A DNA stretch of 64,000 nucleotides from an uncultured Candidatus Saccharibacteria bacterium (GTDB lineage Bacteria > Patescibacteriota > Saccharimonadia > Saccharimonadales > JAGQNJ01). Where the stretch lies: the NCBI GenBank assembly GCA_964603625.1, contig CAZRVM010000001.1, positions 1,949 to 65,948 on the forward strand, given 5' to 3'. Position numbers and translations under genes: made by a program. The notes below the pieces were generated by a model. That model saw only the letters and a program-made list of their open reading frames with translations. It had not been told where the DNA came from and searched no databases. Numbering within the stretch: position 1 is the stretch's first letter; each line of letters starts with the position of its first letter. Of this stretch, positions 51,937 to 62,791 are shown in pieces.

Positions 51937-52896
51937 TTAAAAACTTTGCGGTCGACTATCTATTGATTGAGCCAAATCTTTTACTTCAACGCTCACTTTA
52001 TTGCGCTCTGTAACAATTTCATTATATTGATTTATCTGCGAATCTACTTGCTTAACCAATTCGTTATACTGATTAACTTTAAAATTAAAACTCGGAACAC
52101 CCTGATTGTACTGTGCAATTTGATTTTTCGAAAGAAGCATATCCAAACCCGATTTTTCAGACATTAAATCTTTATATTTATTTGCTAAGTCTGATTTACT
52201 ACTATCAATTGTGGCTTTCAATTCATCTAATTGCTTATCGTAATCTGCAACTTTTTGTTGACGAGAACTAAATTCTGCCTGATAACGATCTGAAAATGCC
52301 ACAATTGCACTTCTATTTTTAAAATACTTCTTATAATACTCCTCGAGTTTTGGGGGCAAGTTGGATGCCTCAGTAGCCAGTATTGAATGAAGTTCATTAG
52401 GTACTACGCTAGGGTCTTGCTTACGATATTCCTCAACATTTTCCTTAATGTGAACTTTAGCAACATTCTTGTAAGCTTGTTCTGTTAAAGCATCAATTTC
52501 AGTTCTTTGTTTTTCTGACAGCCTAAAATAAGCGGCATGAAGCATTTCATGAGCTGCGGTAACTTCTTTAATGCCATCTAGCCTCTGGTCTGTAACATTA
52601 TAAATAAAAATTCCAGCGTCTGGTGTGTAGCATCCTAAAACTATTGAACTTTCATGGCCACATTCACTATTAATAGTACCAGCAGGAGCAATATATGGAT
52701 GGTTTACATAAAATATTCTTCTTCCATATTCCGTCATTGTTGTTTGATTCGCTAAAGTAACAACTTCAGCTGGTGGCGAGTAATTACGCAGATAATACCA
52801 ATCAACAACTTCTTGGCGTCCAAGCCACAGAAACACTATACCTGCTATAAGTGAAAGAGATAAAATTATCCCTAGCAGTTTTTTTATATATTTCAT
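51937..52896 (-). CDS. membrane-anchored hypothetical protein with an HExxH motif and a coiled-coil C-terminus
   Basis: N-terminal TM (LLGIILSLSLIAGIVFLWL). AAHEMLHAAY. C-terminal heptad-rich region. Confidence 0.5.
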   Translation of the reverse strand: MKYIKKLLGIILSLSLIAGIVFLWLGRQEVVDWYYLRNYSPPAEVVTLANQTTMTEYGRRIFYVNHPYIAPAGTINSECGHESSIVLGCYTPDAGIFIYNVTDQRLDGIKEVTAAHEMLHAAYFRLSEKQRTEIDALTEQAYKNVAKVHIKENVEEYRKQDPSVVPNELHSILATEASNLPPKLEEYYKKYFKNRSAIVAFSDRYQAEFSSRQQKVADYDKQLDELKATIDSSKSDLANKYKDLMSEKSGLDMLLSKNQIAQYNQGVPSFNFKVNQYNELVKQVDSQINQYNEIVTERNKVSVEVKDLAQSIDSRPQSF

Positions 52897-52932
52897 ATCT
52901 ATTTAATTATAAGCTAAACCAGCTTAAAAGTA

Positions 52933-55410
52933 CTACTCTTCAATAATTGAATATGACAATTTTTTATTTTTAATACTAACTTCAACAATTGTACCTTTTT
53001 GGTATGTGCCTTCTATTAATTTACTTGCAATATGATCTTCTAGAGTGTCTTGAATTAAGCGCCTCATTGGCCTTACACCATTTAAGACATCATAACCTTT
53101 ATCAAGCAAATAATTTTTAGCTTGAGGAGTCAATTTAATACTTATGCCTTGTTTATTTAACCTTGTTTTAAGCTCCATTATCTGAAGATCAAGTATTTTA
53201 AGAATATTTAGTTTGGTTAAAGCCTTAAATACAATTGTTTTATCAATCCTATTGAAAAATTCAGGGCGCAACATTTTCTTTAATTGTTCTAGCACTTTAT
53301 CTTTATTAGATTTATGGAGATTCTCAAGATTTTCAAAATCTAGCTTATCATCTGCGCCAAATCCAAGTGTTACTTCTTTTTGTAGTTTTTCGGCACCAAT
53401 ATTACTTGTCATTATTACAATTGTATTTGTAAAATCAATTTTTCTTCCCTTTGCATCCGTAAGAATCCCATCTTCCAGAATTTGAAGCATCATATTGAAA
53501 ACATCTGGGTGAGCTTTTTCTATTTCATCAAATAAAACCACACTATATGGTTGTCTGCGAATTTTATCTGTTAACTGCCCCCCATCATCATAGCCGACAT
53601 AACCAGCAGGCGATCCAACAAGTCTAGATACATTATGATGTTCGCCAAATTCGCTCATATCTATTTTCACCAAGGCCTGGTCTGATCCAAAAAATTCTCT
53701 TGCTAAAACTCTAGCTAATTCTGTTTTACCAACACCAGTTGGGCCCAAGAAAATAAATGAACCAATTGGTCTTTTGCCGCTACTAATTCCAGAACGACTC
53801 CTTCTAACAGCTTTAGAAACTACCTTAACGGCCTGATCTTGACCAATAATAAATTTACTAAGATTTTTCTCTAAATTAAGTAAATATTTAGCTTCAGACC
53901 TAATGACACGCTTTACCGGCACACCTGTAGATCGAGAAACAATTTCGGCAACATCATCGCTGGTCATTACAATTTCTTTAGTTACCTTTACTTTTTTTTG
54001 AACTTTTTTTATCTCGGCATTAATTTGACTTGCTCGTTGCTTATGTTTGGCTGCAGACTCATAATCTTCATTATCTACGGCATCTTCTATTTTAGCATTA
54101 ATCAATTTAAGCTCTTTTCTAAGCATTCTTAATTCTGGCGGTGTTCGGCCTTTATCTATTTTTAAATGAGCCGATGTTTCATCAAGCAAATCTATTGCTT
54201 TATCTGGCATAAATCTATCGTTAATGTATCTATCTGCTAAATTTACGATATCTTCAATTACTTCATCAGATACAGTCACGCCATGAAAAGCTTCAAAATG
54301 CTTTCTTAAACCTTTCAAAATAGCAACAGTTTCAGTAATTGTTGTTTCAGGTACTTGAATTGGCTGAAAGCGTCTTTCAAGTGCGCTATCTTTTTCTATG
54401 TACTTTGTATACTCGGTAGTAGTGGTGGCACCAATTACTTGAATTTTTCCTCTTGATAGGGCTGGTTTCAAAATGTTTCCAGCATCTAAAGCCCCTTCAG
54501 CAGCGCCTGCCCCAACAATTAAATGAAGCTCATCAATAAAAATAATTGTATTTTTATCGTTTTCTAATTCTTGCATTACTTTTTTTAATCGTTCTTCAAA
54601 TTCTCCCCGATATTTTGTACCGGCAATCATCCCAGTTAAATCCAACATAACTACTCGTTTATCAACTAAACTATCTGGTACATCTTCACTAATTATTCGT
54701 TGTGCCAAGCCTTCGACGATTGCGGTTTTGCCAACTCCCGGCTCACCAATTAGTACCGGGTTATTCTTGGTACGCCTATTTAAAACTGTAATCACTCGAT
54801 TAATTTGTGATTCTCGTCCTACCACAGGGTCTAATTTGCCAGCTCTTGCTTGAGCAGTTAAATCAGTTCCAAAAAAATCTAAGGCCGATTTACGACGCTG
54901 TTTTGTTCTTATCCTTCCTTGCCCGTCTGGAGACTGCTCTTCATATTGTTGTCTATTTAAAAATTGTTCTATGCCAGTAATTAAACCCGTAACATTAACA
55001 TTCATATCTCTAAGCAAAACGGTTGCTCGGGCATTTTTTTGGCTCAAAATGCTGTAAAGTATATGCTCCGTACCACACATATCTTGGTTGTAGTCTTGAG
55101 CAACATCATAGGCCATTTTCAGTGTTAATTTTGCGGTCTCGCTCAACCCTTTAGCACCCATACTGGTTATTGTAGTCTTGGGCGATAACTTTAAAGCCAT
55201 ACTCGCTTTATTAAGGGTAATACCAGCGTCATTCAAGATTTTTGCTCCTATTGAACTATCTTGAGCTAAAACTCCTAGTAACAAGTGCTCTGTGCCTACA
55301 TACGAACTACCAGAAGCCCTCGAGATACCATCGGCATGTTGTAAACTTCTTAAAGCGTTCTCTGTTAGGTGGTTTAAAAATTCTTGAAATTCAGCAGAGT
55401 TTGGTGGCAT
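52933..55410 (-). CDS. clpC: ATP-dependent Clp protease ATP-binding subunit ClpC
   Basis: Two Clp_N repeats, two AAA+ modules ([18 protein letters not shown]; [15 protein letters not shown]), and a UVR-like motif ([19 protein letters not shown]). 825 aa. Confidence 0.92.
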   Translation of the reverse strand: MPPNSAEFQEFLNHLTENALRSLQHADGISRASGSSYVGTEHLLLGVLAQDSSIGAKILNDAGITLNKASMALKLSPKTTITSMGAKGLSETAKLTLKMAYDVAQDYNQDMCGTEHILYSILSQKNARATVLLRDMNVNVTGLITGIEQFLNRQQYEEQSPDGQGRIRTKQRRKSALDFFGTDLTAQARAGKLDPVVGRESQINRVITVLNRRTKNNPVLIGEPGVGKTAIVEGLAQRIISEDVPDSLVDKRVVMLDLTGMIAGTKYRGEFEERLKKVMQELENDKNTIIFIDELHLIVGAGAAEGALDAGNILKPALSRGKIQVIGATTTTEYTKYIEKDSALERRFQPIQVPETTITETVAILKGLRKHFEAFHGVTVSDEVIEDIVNLADRYINDRFMPDKAIDLLDETSAHLKIDKGRTPPELRMLRKELKLINAKIEDAVDNEDYESAAKHKQRASQINAEIKKVQKKVKVTKEIVMTSDDVAEIVSRSTGVPVKRVIRSEAKYLLNLEKNLSKFIIGQDQAVKVVSKAVRRSRSGISSGKRPIGSFIFLGPTGVGKTELARVLAREFFGSDQALVKIDMSEFGEHHNVSRLVGSPAGYVGYDDGGQLTDKIRRQPYSVVLFDEIEKAHPDVFNMMLQILEDGILTDAKGRKIDFTNTIVIMTSNIGAEKLQKEVTLGFGADDKLDFENLENLHKSNKDKVLEQLKKMLRPEFFNRIDKTIVFKALTKLNILKILDLQIMELKTRLNKQGISIKLTPQAKNYLLDKGYDVLNGVRPMRRLIQDTLEDHIASKLIEGTYQKGTIVEVSIKNKKLSYSIIEE

Positions 55411-55508
55411 AATCCCTCCTTTTAGTTTTATCGTAGTTTAATTGGATATTTCTTATCGATTTATTCATAATTTTTGCGAACTTAATCGCTAATTCCAGTA
55501 TATTAAAA

Positions 55509-55535
55509 TTAGCACTCATATGTCAAGAGTGCTAA
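55509..55535. promoter_or_regulatory. CIRCE element (HrcA operator) upstream of clpC
   Basis: ttagcactc-atatgtcaa-gagtgctaa is a perfect 9-N9-9 CIRCE consensus, 98 nt upstream of the clpC ATG and 22 nt downstream of the nusA stop. Confidence 0.8.
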
Positions 55536-55556
55536 TTTATTATCTTGAAACTTTTT

Positions 55557-56729
55557 CTATTCGCCGTGTTCTTCAATAGCTTCTAGTAAACTACTCTCAA
55601 GCTCACTTTTTTTCTTTATTGGTGTTGCAATTTTTGGTTCAGAACTTTGTTCTTTTGGCTCTTTTGTACTCTCATCAGATATGGGCTTAGATTTATCACC
55701 GATAATATCTATTTCATATTCGGTTAACTTACTAGCTAACCTAACATTCTGACCAGATTTACCAATAGCAATACTCAACTGATCTTCTGGTACATGTACA
55801 ATTGCCTTTTTAGATTTTTCATCTATTTCAACTTTAGAAACTGTTGTGGGGCTTAAAGCATTAATAACAAATTCTTTTGAGTTTGCGCTCCAAACTATGA
55901 TATCTATCTTCTCTTGCTCACCTATTTCACTCATCACTGCATTAACTCGAATGCCATGCCCTCCAACAAAGGTACCCACTGGGTCAACACCCTGAACATT
56001 GCTAACAACAGCAATTTTACTCCTAACTCCAGCTTCTCTAGCGATTGATTTTATGGCAACCGCACCATTTTCCATTTCTGGTACCTCAGCTCTAAATAGC
56101 CATTCAATAAATTGTGTACTTCCTCTAGATAATACTAACTGTGGCCCTCTTGGACCTTTTTCGACATCCTTTAAAAATACCTTCAGGCGTTGACCTGAAT
56201 AATAATGTTCTCCCTGAATTTGTTCGCTTGCAGGCAATATTCCTTGCACTTTGCCTAAATCAACCCTAACTACATTTCCGTCTACTCTAGCAACAATTCC
56301 GTTAAGGATTGTGTTAATTTTATCTTGATACTCATCTACTATAATTTCGCGCTCGGCTTCTCGTAATTTCTGAAGGATTACCTGCTTTGCAGTTTGTGCA
56401 GCCACTCGCCCAAAACTAGAAACATCCTGATGCAAAACTAAAACTTCGCCAATTTCAGCATTTTTCTTAATTACTTGAGCGTCCGACAGACTGATTTGTG
56501 TTTGAGGATCTTCAACAGGCTCACTAACAGTTTTCGAAATATAGGCATCAACATCACCAGTATGCAAATTTACACTAACACTTACTTCTTGCTCTCTATC
56601 GCCATAATCTTTTTTATAGGCAGCTGCTAAGGCCTGCTCAACTATATCTTGAACAGTTTCTTCGGGTAAATTTTTTTCTTCAGCTATAGCTCTTAATGCT
56701 ACTGTTAGTTGTTTAATATCTAAATCCAT
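55557..56729 (-). CDS. nusA: transcription termination/antitermination protein NusA
   Basis: N-terminal domain, S1, and two KH domains. Start placed at the ATG at 56729 (MDLDIKQLTVALRAIAEEKNL). Confidence 0.88.
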   Translation of the reverse strand: MDLDIKQLTVALRAIAEEKNLPEETVQDIVEQALAAAYKKDYGDREQEVSVSVNLHTGDVDAYISKTVSEPVEDPQTQISLSDAQVIKKNAEIGEVLVLHQDVSSFGRVAAQTAKQVILQKLREAEREIIVDEYQDKINTILNGIVARVDGNVVRVDLGKVQGILPASEQIQGEHYYSGQRLKVFLKDVEKGPRGPQLVLSRGSTQFIEWLFRAEVPEMENGAVAIKSIAREAGVRSKIAVVSNVQGVDPVGTFVGGHGIRVNAVMSEIGEQEKIDIIVWSANSKEFVINALSPTTVSKVEIDEKSKKAIVHVPEDQLSIAIGKSGQNVRLASKLTEYEIDIIGDKSKPISDESTKEPKEQSSEPKIATPIKKKSELESSLLEAIEEHGE

Positions 56730-56865
56730 TAATTTCCTTTCTTTTTTAGTAAAGTCATTACTAGTAAAAAAATCGACCATTCCGGCCGACCTTATCTCTA
56801 ACAATCAAATTATATCACAAATTCTTAACAATCAAAAAAATTTAAATTTGCTTTCTTTAAAAAAA

Positions 56866-58557
56866 CTAATCTTGGCAAGAATACGAACCATCACTTAGTT
56901 TAGCTCTCATAGCAAATAAGTGGGTTTGTTCATTAGCCACAAATTCACCGTTAGAACAAGAAACTTTAATTTTATATTGAACTTCGCCATCTTTAGGAGT
57001 CTCATCTGTAATTATAAGTTGCTGATAATAAAAATCATTGGAGCCAGATTGAACAGATTGCTCCAAAATTTCATTCACTGCTTCGGCATTTGGAGGTATA
57101 GCACCATTGTTATCATTGGAAAATTCATAGATAGAAGCCATATATGAAGAAATTGCGTTTTTAATCATAGTATCTTTGGCGGATGTAGGCTGACTATTAG
57201 CACTAGTAATACCATTACCAAATAACGATTCTATTTCCGATTTCAAATCTTTAATATTCATAGAATCAGCCGGAGCTTCAATTTTAAGGCTTTTATCATT
57301 AATTTTAATTGTGCTAACAAATTCCATAGTAATAGTCTCTTCACTTGTAGTAACTTTAAGCTTGGTTGGTAAACGAGTTTTGCTACCTACCCAAAGTTCA
57401 ACAACTGGTTTGATTTCATCGGCTTCCTTGTCTGCATTATTTTTGAGGTCCTCAAGCTGTTTATCATATTTTTCATCTTTAAGTTCACAATCAGATTTGA
57501 GAGTTTTATAAGATTCTAGCTCTAACATTGACTTCATGAATGTAATTGACTTTTGCTCATTAAAATCAAGTTTGTAATGATAACTAGACTCATTTTCAAT
57601 CTTTTCTTTTGGTAGTTTTTCTACAGCAAATGCAAACTGATTTTCTAAAAATAACTTCTTTATTTGTTTTTGATCTTTTTTAGATATTCGTAAATTTTTT
57701 AAAGCGTTGGAGCATTTATCTACTTCTTCTTCAGAATTAGCAAAACCAAGATCCACCAAACTCTGTTTATCAATTTTTATCCATTTATTATCGATTTTAT
57801 CTACTAGCGGTTTATAGACATCCACAACTGATGCGAGATCTGTGCTATTTTTAGATACTTGATCAACCGTCTGGCGAAGATCAGCGAATTTCACATAAAT
57901 CTCATCAGAACCAAGCATAATTACTGCGCCCTTAACTGTTACATCCACATTTTCATATTTTAAGTTTAAGCTAGCTTCTTGTTGAAAGTTGTTATCTGCA
58001 GTTTTAGAACTGAATTCAATTGTTGCATTGCCTTTCTTGGAGCCTTTAAATTCATATTTAACAGAACCTATTGCAGAAGAAGGTTTTCTATCTAGTAAGT
58101 CTTTCAAGGAGTTTCCTAGTGCGTCAGCCAATACTTTTTCGGGTTTGTTATTCATAATCGTGTAATAAGCATAGCCACCACCTCCACCAAGTATCAGCAA
58201 AAACACTAAAGCAATAATAATAATTTTTAAAAATCGTTTCTTTTTTTGTTTAGATTCAGAATCTACAATACTAGAAGCTGCCTGGCCTGGTGGGCTAAAC
58301 TGAAACGGCTGTTTAGTTGTGTTAGCCGGAGTGCTCTGGCTCTCAACAATAACATTTGGCTGATTAGAAACACTAACATTATCTTCAGGTCTTAACATTT
58401 GAGGATTACTTGCGGTTGGGGTATTTGATAATTGGCTAGGCGCAGGCTCAACTGGTTGAGCTTGAGATTCTAATGGGATAGGATTGTTTATACTTGAATT
58501 AGCTAACTCGTTGTTTACATCTTGCTTTTTTTCTGGATTGAATTGATTGTTTTCCAT
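56866..58557 (-). CDS. hypothetical membrane-anchored protein (563 aa) with a low-complexity N-terminus and a large extracytoplasmic domain
   Basis: Pro/Ser/Gln/Asn-rich N-terminal 110 aa. Single TM (IIIIALVFLLILGGGGGYAYYTI). C-terminal Cys pair (CSNG...SYSC). Confidence 0.5.
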   Translation of the reverse strand: MENNQFNPEKKQDVNNELANSSINNPIPLESQAQPVEPAPSQLSNTPTASNPQMLRPEDNVSVSNQPNVIVESQSTPANTTKQPFQFSPPGQAASSIVDSESKQKKKRFLKIIIIALVFLLILGGGGGYAYYTIMNNKPEKVLADALGNSLKDLLDRKPSSAIGSVKYEFKGSKKGNATIEFSSKTADNNFQQEASLNLKYENVDVTVKGAVIMLGSDEIYVKFADLRQTVDQVSKNSTDLASVVDVYKPLVDKIDNKWIKIDKQSLVDLGFANSEEEVDKCSNALKNLRISKKDQKQIKKLFLENQFAFAVEKLPKEKIENESSYHYKLDFNEQKSITFMKSMLELESYKTLKSDCELKDEKYDKQLEDLKNNADKEADEIKPVVELWVGSKTRLPTKLKVTTSEETITMEFVSTIKINDKSLKIEAPADSMNIKDLKSEIESLFGNGITSANSQPTSAKDTMIKNAISSYMASIYEFSNDNNGAIPPNAEAVNEILEQSVQSGSNDFYYQQLIITDETPKDGEVQYKIKVSCSNGEFVANEQTHLFAMRAKLSDGSYSCQD

Positions 58558-58717
58558 ATTTCAATTTCTTTTTTTTAATTATGTTAGTGATTATATTTAT
58601 TATGTTTATTAAAGTCAAAACAAATTGGTAGTCTCGTATACGAAATGAATGGTAGTTTCATTTTAAGCAAATTCTATTTTAATTATAAAACTAAATAATA
58701 TCTGTTATTCTATATAA

Positions 58718-61294
58718 GTGAGCAAAAAAACCAAGCACTTATATTCTCAGTTTCAACCTACTAACTACCAACTCAATCTTGCTATTGATAAAGATACACT
58801 GTCTTTTAAAGGCAAAGTTTTAATTGCCGGGCAAAAAGTTGGCAGACCAGCTCAGCGCATTAGCCTACATCAACGCGATTTAAAAATTACATCCGCTAAA
58901 TTGGTTAGAGTAGAAAAAACATCAAAAATACCAATATCAATTAGTAAAACTTACAGTCATAAAGCTTATGACGAACTACGAATTCACTCTAACCAAATTC
59001 TTAAATCTGGCGATTATGAAATTGAAATTGAATTTAACGGCAAGATTACTGAGCATATGCTTGGTATTTACCCATCATATTTCACTCACAAAGATAAAAA
59101 GGAAGTTATTATTGCTACCCAATTTGAAAGTCATTATGCAAGAGAAGCTTTTCCATGCATTGACGAACCTATTGCCAAAGCTACTTTTGACCTAACACTT
59201 ACAACCAAACAAGGTGATGAAGTTATTGCAAATACTCCAACAAAATCTCAATCTAATAAAAATGGCCTTGTTACCACCGTATTTGAAACAACTCCTAAAA
59301 TGTCTACTTACTTGCTTGCTTTTGTGACTGGGCCTCTGCATTCTGTAGAACGAAAAACTAAAACTGGCACAATTGTTAGAAGCTGGTCTGCAATCTCAAG
59401 ACCTAAAAGCCAACTAAAGTATTCTGTATATGAAGCTGTGAAAATCCTAGAATTCTTTACAGATTATTTTGGCGTAGATTATCCACTTACAAAGTGTGAC
59501 CAAGTTGCTTTGCCAGATTTTGATGCTGGGGCTATGGAAAATTGGGGTTTAATTACCTATCGTGAAGTAGCCCTACTTAGCGACCCAGACAATCCATCAA
59601 TTTCAAGTGATCAATACATATCATTAGTGATTGCCCATGAGCTTTCACATCAATGGTTTGGAAATCTCGTTACCATGAAATGGTGGGACGATTTATGGCT
59701 AAATGAGAGTTTTGCAAGTCTTATGGAGCATGTCGCTTTGGATGCAATTCATCCAAATTGGTTCCAGTGGGAATGCTATACTGCAACCGATGTGCTAACT
59801 ACAACTTCTAGAGATATTTTTCAAGACATACAACCCGTAGGAGTCAAAGTAAAAGATCCAGTGCTTATTGATACACTCTTTGATCCAGGAATTGTGTACG
59901 CTAAGGGTGGCCGTTTACTAAAAATGCTCCACGACTACATTGGCGATAGAGCCTTCAGGCATGGGCTTCAAATCTATTTTAAAAAGCATGCTTATAGTAA
60001 TACTAGCCGAAATGACCTTTGGTTAGCAATGACCGAAGCTAGTGGAAAAGATATCTCTTCTTTAATGACGCCCTGGATAGAAAAACCAGGCATGCCACTA
60101 ATTAGCATTAACCAAAACAAAAAACAGTTAATTTGTGTACAGCAAAGATTCTTACTAGATGGCAAAAATCATAAATCTAATTGGCCAATTCCATTGCTTG
60201 CAAACCAAAAACTTTCAAAAGATATTCTTACCAAACACCGTGCCGGCTTTAGTTTAGTTAGTGAAGAGCTAATAATAATTAATCTATTTGGGAGTGGCCA
60301 TTATTTTACTCACTACGAAGACTTAGATCACAAGAAATTCCTTGCTAAACAAATCACAGACCGCTCGGTGCCTACCGAAACTCGCATTAATCTTTTAAAC
60401 GACAGCTATATGCTAGCCAGAGGTGCCAAAAGCTCATTAGTGGATTCGCTAGAACTAATTGCAAATTGTTCAACTGAAGATCGCGATAATGTTTGGACTT
60501 TAATCTGCCGAATAATTGCTTCTGCTAGTCTATTGACTGAAGGTAATAAGCAAACCGAAAAAGCTATTAATTCTTTTAAAATTAAATTAGCGAAATATTG
60601 GTATGATCAATACGGCTGGACACACAAGCAAAATGATGATCCAAATACCAAACAGCTTCGCCATACCGCAATTGCCCTGATGATTGGTGGTGAAGACAAG
60701 ACAGCTATTAACCAAGCAATTAAAATTTATAAACAAGCCAAAAACTTAGATGAAATAGACGCTGAAATGAGAGCTAGTATTTTAAGTGCGGTCATCAGAC
60801 ACAACAATTCAAAAAGTGATATTAATAAATTTATTAAACTCTACCCTAATGTTTCTTCAGACATACAATCAGATTTAACCTCTGCACTTTCTAAAGTTAA
60901 AAATGAAGAAACCGCTCAATTTATTCTTAATTTGGCTTTGGGCGAATCTGGTTTTGTACGATCTCAAGATGTAATTCGGTGGCTCAATATGTTCTTACAT
61001 AACAAAAATACCAAAGAAGTTACCTGGAACTTCATAACTGAACAATGGGATTGGTTAGAGAGTATTTTCTCTAAAAGTAAAAGTTTTGACTACATTCCAA
61101 CGATTACAGCAAGCGTAATGAATACAAAAGTTCTACAAAATAAATATATTAAATTTTTTGAACCCAAGCTATCAGATAAAACACTTTCTCAAAATATAAA
61201 TATTGGTTTTTCAAATATCTCGGCATTACTAAAATGGCGTAAGCGTGATGAAGAAAAGATTATTAATTTCTTTAAATCTCAGCCAAAAAATTAG
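58718..61294 (+). CDS. pepN: aminopeptidase N (M1 family)
   Basis: GAMEN motif (FDAGAMENWGLITYRE) and HELSHQWFGNLVTMKWWDDLWLNESFAS (HExxH-x18-E). 858 aa. Confidence 0.93.
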   Translation: MSKKTKHLYSQFQPTNYQLNLAIDKDTLSFKGKVLIAGQKVGRPAQRISLHQRDLKITSAKLVRVEKTSKIPISISKTYSHKAYDELRIHSNQILKSGDYEIEIEFNGKITEHMLGIYPSYFTHKDKKEVIIATQFESHYAREAFPCIDEPIAKATFDLTLTTKQGDEVIANTPTKSQSNKNGLVTTVFETTPKMSTYLLAFVTGPLHSVERKTKTGTIVRSWSAISRPKSQLKYSVYEAVKILEFFTDYFGVDYPLTKCDQVALPDFDAGAMENWGLITYREVALLSDPDNPSISSDQYISLVIAHELSHQWFGNLVTMKWWDDLWLNESFASLMEHVALDAIHPNWFQWECYTATDVLTTTSRDIFQDIQPVGVKVKDPVLIDTLFDPGIVYAKGGRLLKMLHDYIGDRAFRHGLQIYFKKHAYSNTSRNDLWLAMTEASGKDISSLMTPWIEKPGMPLISINQNKKQLICVQQRFLLDGKNHKSNWPIPLLANQKLSKDILTKHRAGFSLVSEELIIINLFGSGHYFTHYEDLDHKKFLAKQITDRSVPTETRINLLNDSYMLARGAKSSLVDSLELIANCSTEDRDNVWTLICRIIASASLLTEGNKQTEKAINSFKIKLAKYWYDQYGWTHKQNDDPNTKQLRHTAIALMIGGEDKTAINQAIKIYKQAKNLDEIDAEMRASILSAVIRHNNSKSDINKFIKLYPNVSSDIQSDLTSALSKVKNEETAQFILNLALGESGFVRSQDVIRWLNMFLHNKNTKEVTWNFITEQWDWLESIFSKSKSFDYIPTITASVMNTKVLQNKYIKFFEPKLSDKTLSQNINIGFSNISALLKWRKRDEEKIINFFKSQPKN

Positions 61295-61613
61295 TAATCT
61301 TAAAACTTAAACCACTAACTTCAATAGCTGAAATTGAATAATCTCCTTGCCATTTGTTAGCAAGAACCCATAATTCACCGGCAAATTTCATCTGTTTAAC
61401 TTTTTTAGGAGTTATATAATCTAATCCACTTCCCCAATCTGTAGATTTACGAAATTTAACTTCTACAAAATATATTGTTTGATTCTTTTTAGCTATAATG
61501 TCTATTTCGCAATATCGAGTACGCCAGTTTTGTTCTAAAACTTGGTATCCTTTATCTTTTAAAAAACTACATGCCGAATTTTCAGCCTGTCTACCAATAC
61601 TAGTTGTTGTCAT
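61272..61613 (-). CDS. yraN: YraN-family (UPF0102) putative endonuclease
   Basis: GRQAENSACSFLKDKGYQVLEQNWRTRYCEIDIIAKK...YFVEVKFRKS. The convergent 3' end overlaps pepN by 23 nt. Confidence 0.8.
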   Translation of the reverse strand: MTTTSIGRQAENSACSFLKDKGYQVLEQNWRTRYCEIDIIAKKNQTIYFVEVKFRKSTDWGSGLDYITPKKVKQMKFAGELWVLANKWQGDYSISAIEVSGLSFKITNFLAEI

Positions 61614-62164
61614 AAAAATGCCTTTATTGGCTTAAAGCTTTGCCTGTGAATCTTAGAAATTCCAAATTTTTCCAACATCTGCCGATGTTTTAATGTGCCA
61701 TATCCAACATTTTTTTCAAAATTATAATGTGGGTACTCCAATGCTTTTTTTGCCATTATTTCATCTCTTGTAACTTTAGCAAATATACTAGCGGCACTTA
61801 CAATAGGATAATTTGCGTCAGCCCGAATTATACACTTAACATTTTGAAATTTTGACTGACAATAATTAATATTACCGTCCATAATTATTTCTTCGTTAGG
61901 TAGCGCATTTATTTCAGATAAGGCTCTTTTTACAGCTAAGCGCATCGCATTAGTTAACCCTAAATTATCAATCTCTTCAGAAGTAACCCAGCCACAACCA
62001 ATTTCACAACTTGCTTTTATGCTTTTAATTAAATTCAATCGCTTAATTCTACTTAGCTTTTTAGAATCACCAAGACCTTCTGGTAATTTTGTAATTTGCC
62101 GTACGGCTACAACTAACAACGGGCCAGCCCATGCACCCCTTCCAACCTCATCAACCCCAATCAT
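61610..62164 (-). CDS. rnhB: ribonuclease HII
   Basis: MIGVDEVGRGAWAGPLLVVAV (DEVGRG catalytic motif). Confidence 0.9.
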   Translation of the reverse strand: MIGVDEVGRGAWAGPLLVVAVRQITKLPEGLGDSKKLSRIKRLNLIKSIKASCEIGCGWVTSEEIDNLGLTNAMRLAVKRALSEINALPNEEIIMDGNINYCQSKFQNVKCIIRADANYPIVSAASIFAKVTRDEIMAKKALEYPHYNFEKNVGYGTLKHRQMLEKFGISKIHRQSFKPIKAFL

Positions 62165-62260
62165 AAATCCAATTATACATACAGAAAAAGTTTTATCTAC
62201 ACTAAAAACTTGACTATATTATTACTTTATTTAACCAATTTTATAGTTTTAACTTTGGTT

Positions 62261-62698
62261 TTAAGCTTTTGACTCTTCTGCTTTATCTTCAGTTTCTGTT
62301 TTTGGTGGTTCTGCTGGCTTTTCTTCAATTTTGTTAACTGCTTCTTTATCAAAAGACACCCCTGCAAGCCTTGCTGATTTGCCGGTTAGCTGGCGCATAT
62401 AACTCAAATAATTTCGCCTTACTTTACTTCTTTTAACAATTTCAATCTTAACCACTAATGGCGAATGCATTAAATAGCTCTTTTCAACACCTAGTCCACC
62501 GGTATTACGCCGCACAGTTAGTCGTGCCGTATGGCTATTTTTACGATCAACCCTTATAACCAAACCTTCAAAAATCTGAATTCGCTCTTTGTTACCTTCT
62601 TTAATTTTTTGATGAACTTTAACAGTATCACCTGAGCGAACATCAACAACTTGATGTTTTTTATACTTTGCTTCAATTTCTTTAACTGCTGAGCTCAT
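62261..62698 (-). CDS. rplS: 50S ribosomal protein L19 (with acidic/Lys-rich C-terminal extension)
   Basis: IQIFEGLVIRVDRKNSHTARLTVRRNTGGLGVEKSYLMHSP. Confidence 0.93.
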   Translation of the reverse strand: MSSAVKEIEAKYKKHQVVDVRSGDTVKVHQKIKEGNKERIQIFEGLVIRVDRKNSHTARLTVRRNTGGLGVEKSYLMHSPLVVKIEIVKRSKVRRNYLSYMRQLTGKSARLAGVSFDKEAVNKIEEKPAEPPKTETEDKAEESKA

Positions 62699-62779
62699 AG
62701 ACCAATCAATATTACACTGTTATTCAAGTTTTTGCAATACTATTAAACTTAAATATTACCCTGAATCTTTTAAATTTAG

Positions 62780-62785
62780 TATAAT
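62780..62785 (+). promoter_or_regulatory. TATAAT -10 hexamer 6 nt upstream of the ATG at 62792 (possible leaderless transcript)
   Basis: gTATAATaccctt-ATG. An in-frame stop (TAG at 62777) precludes an upstream start, and there is no SD. Confidence 0.3.
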
Positions 62786-62791
62786 ACCCTT

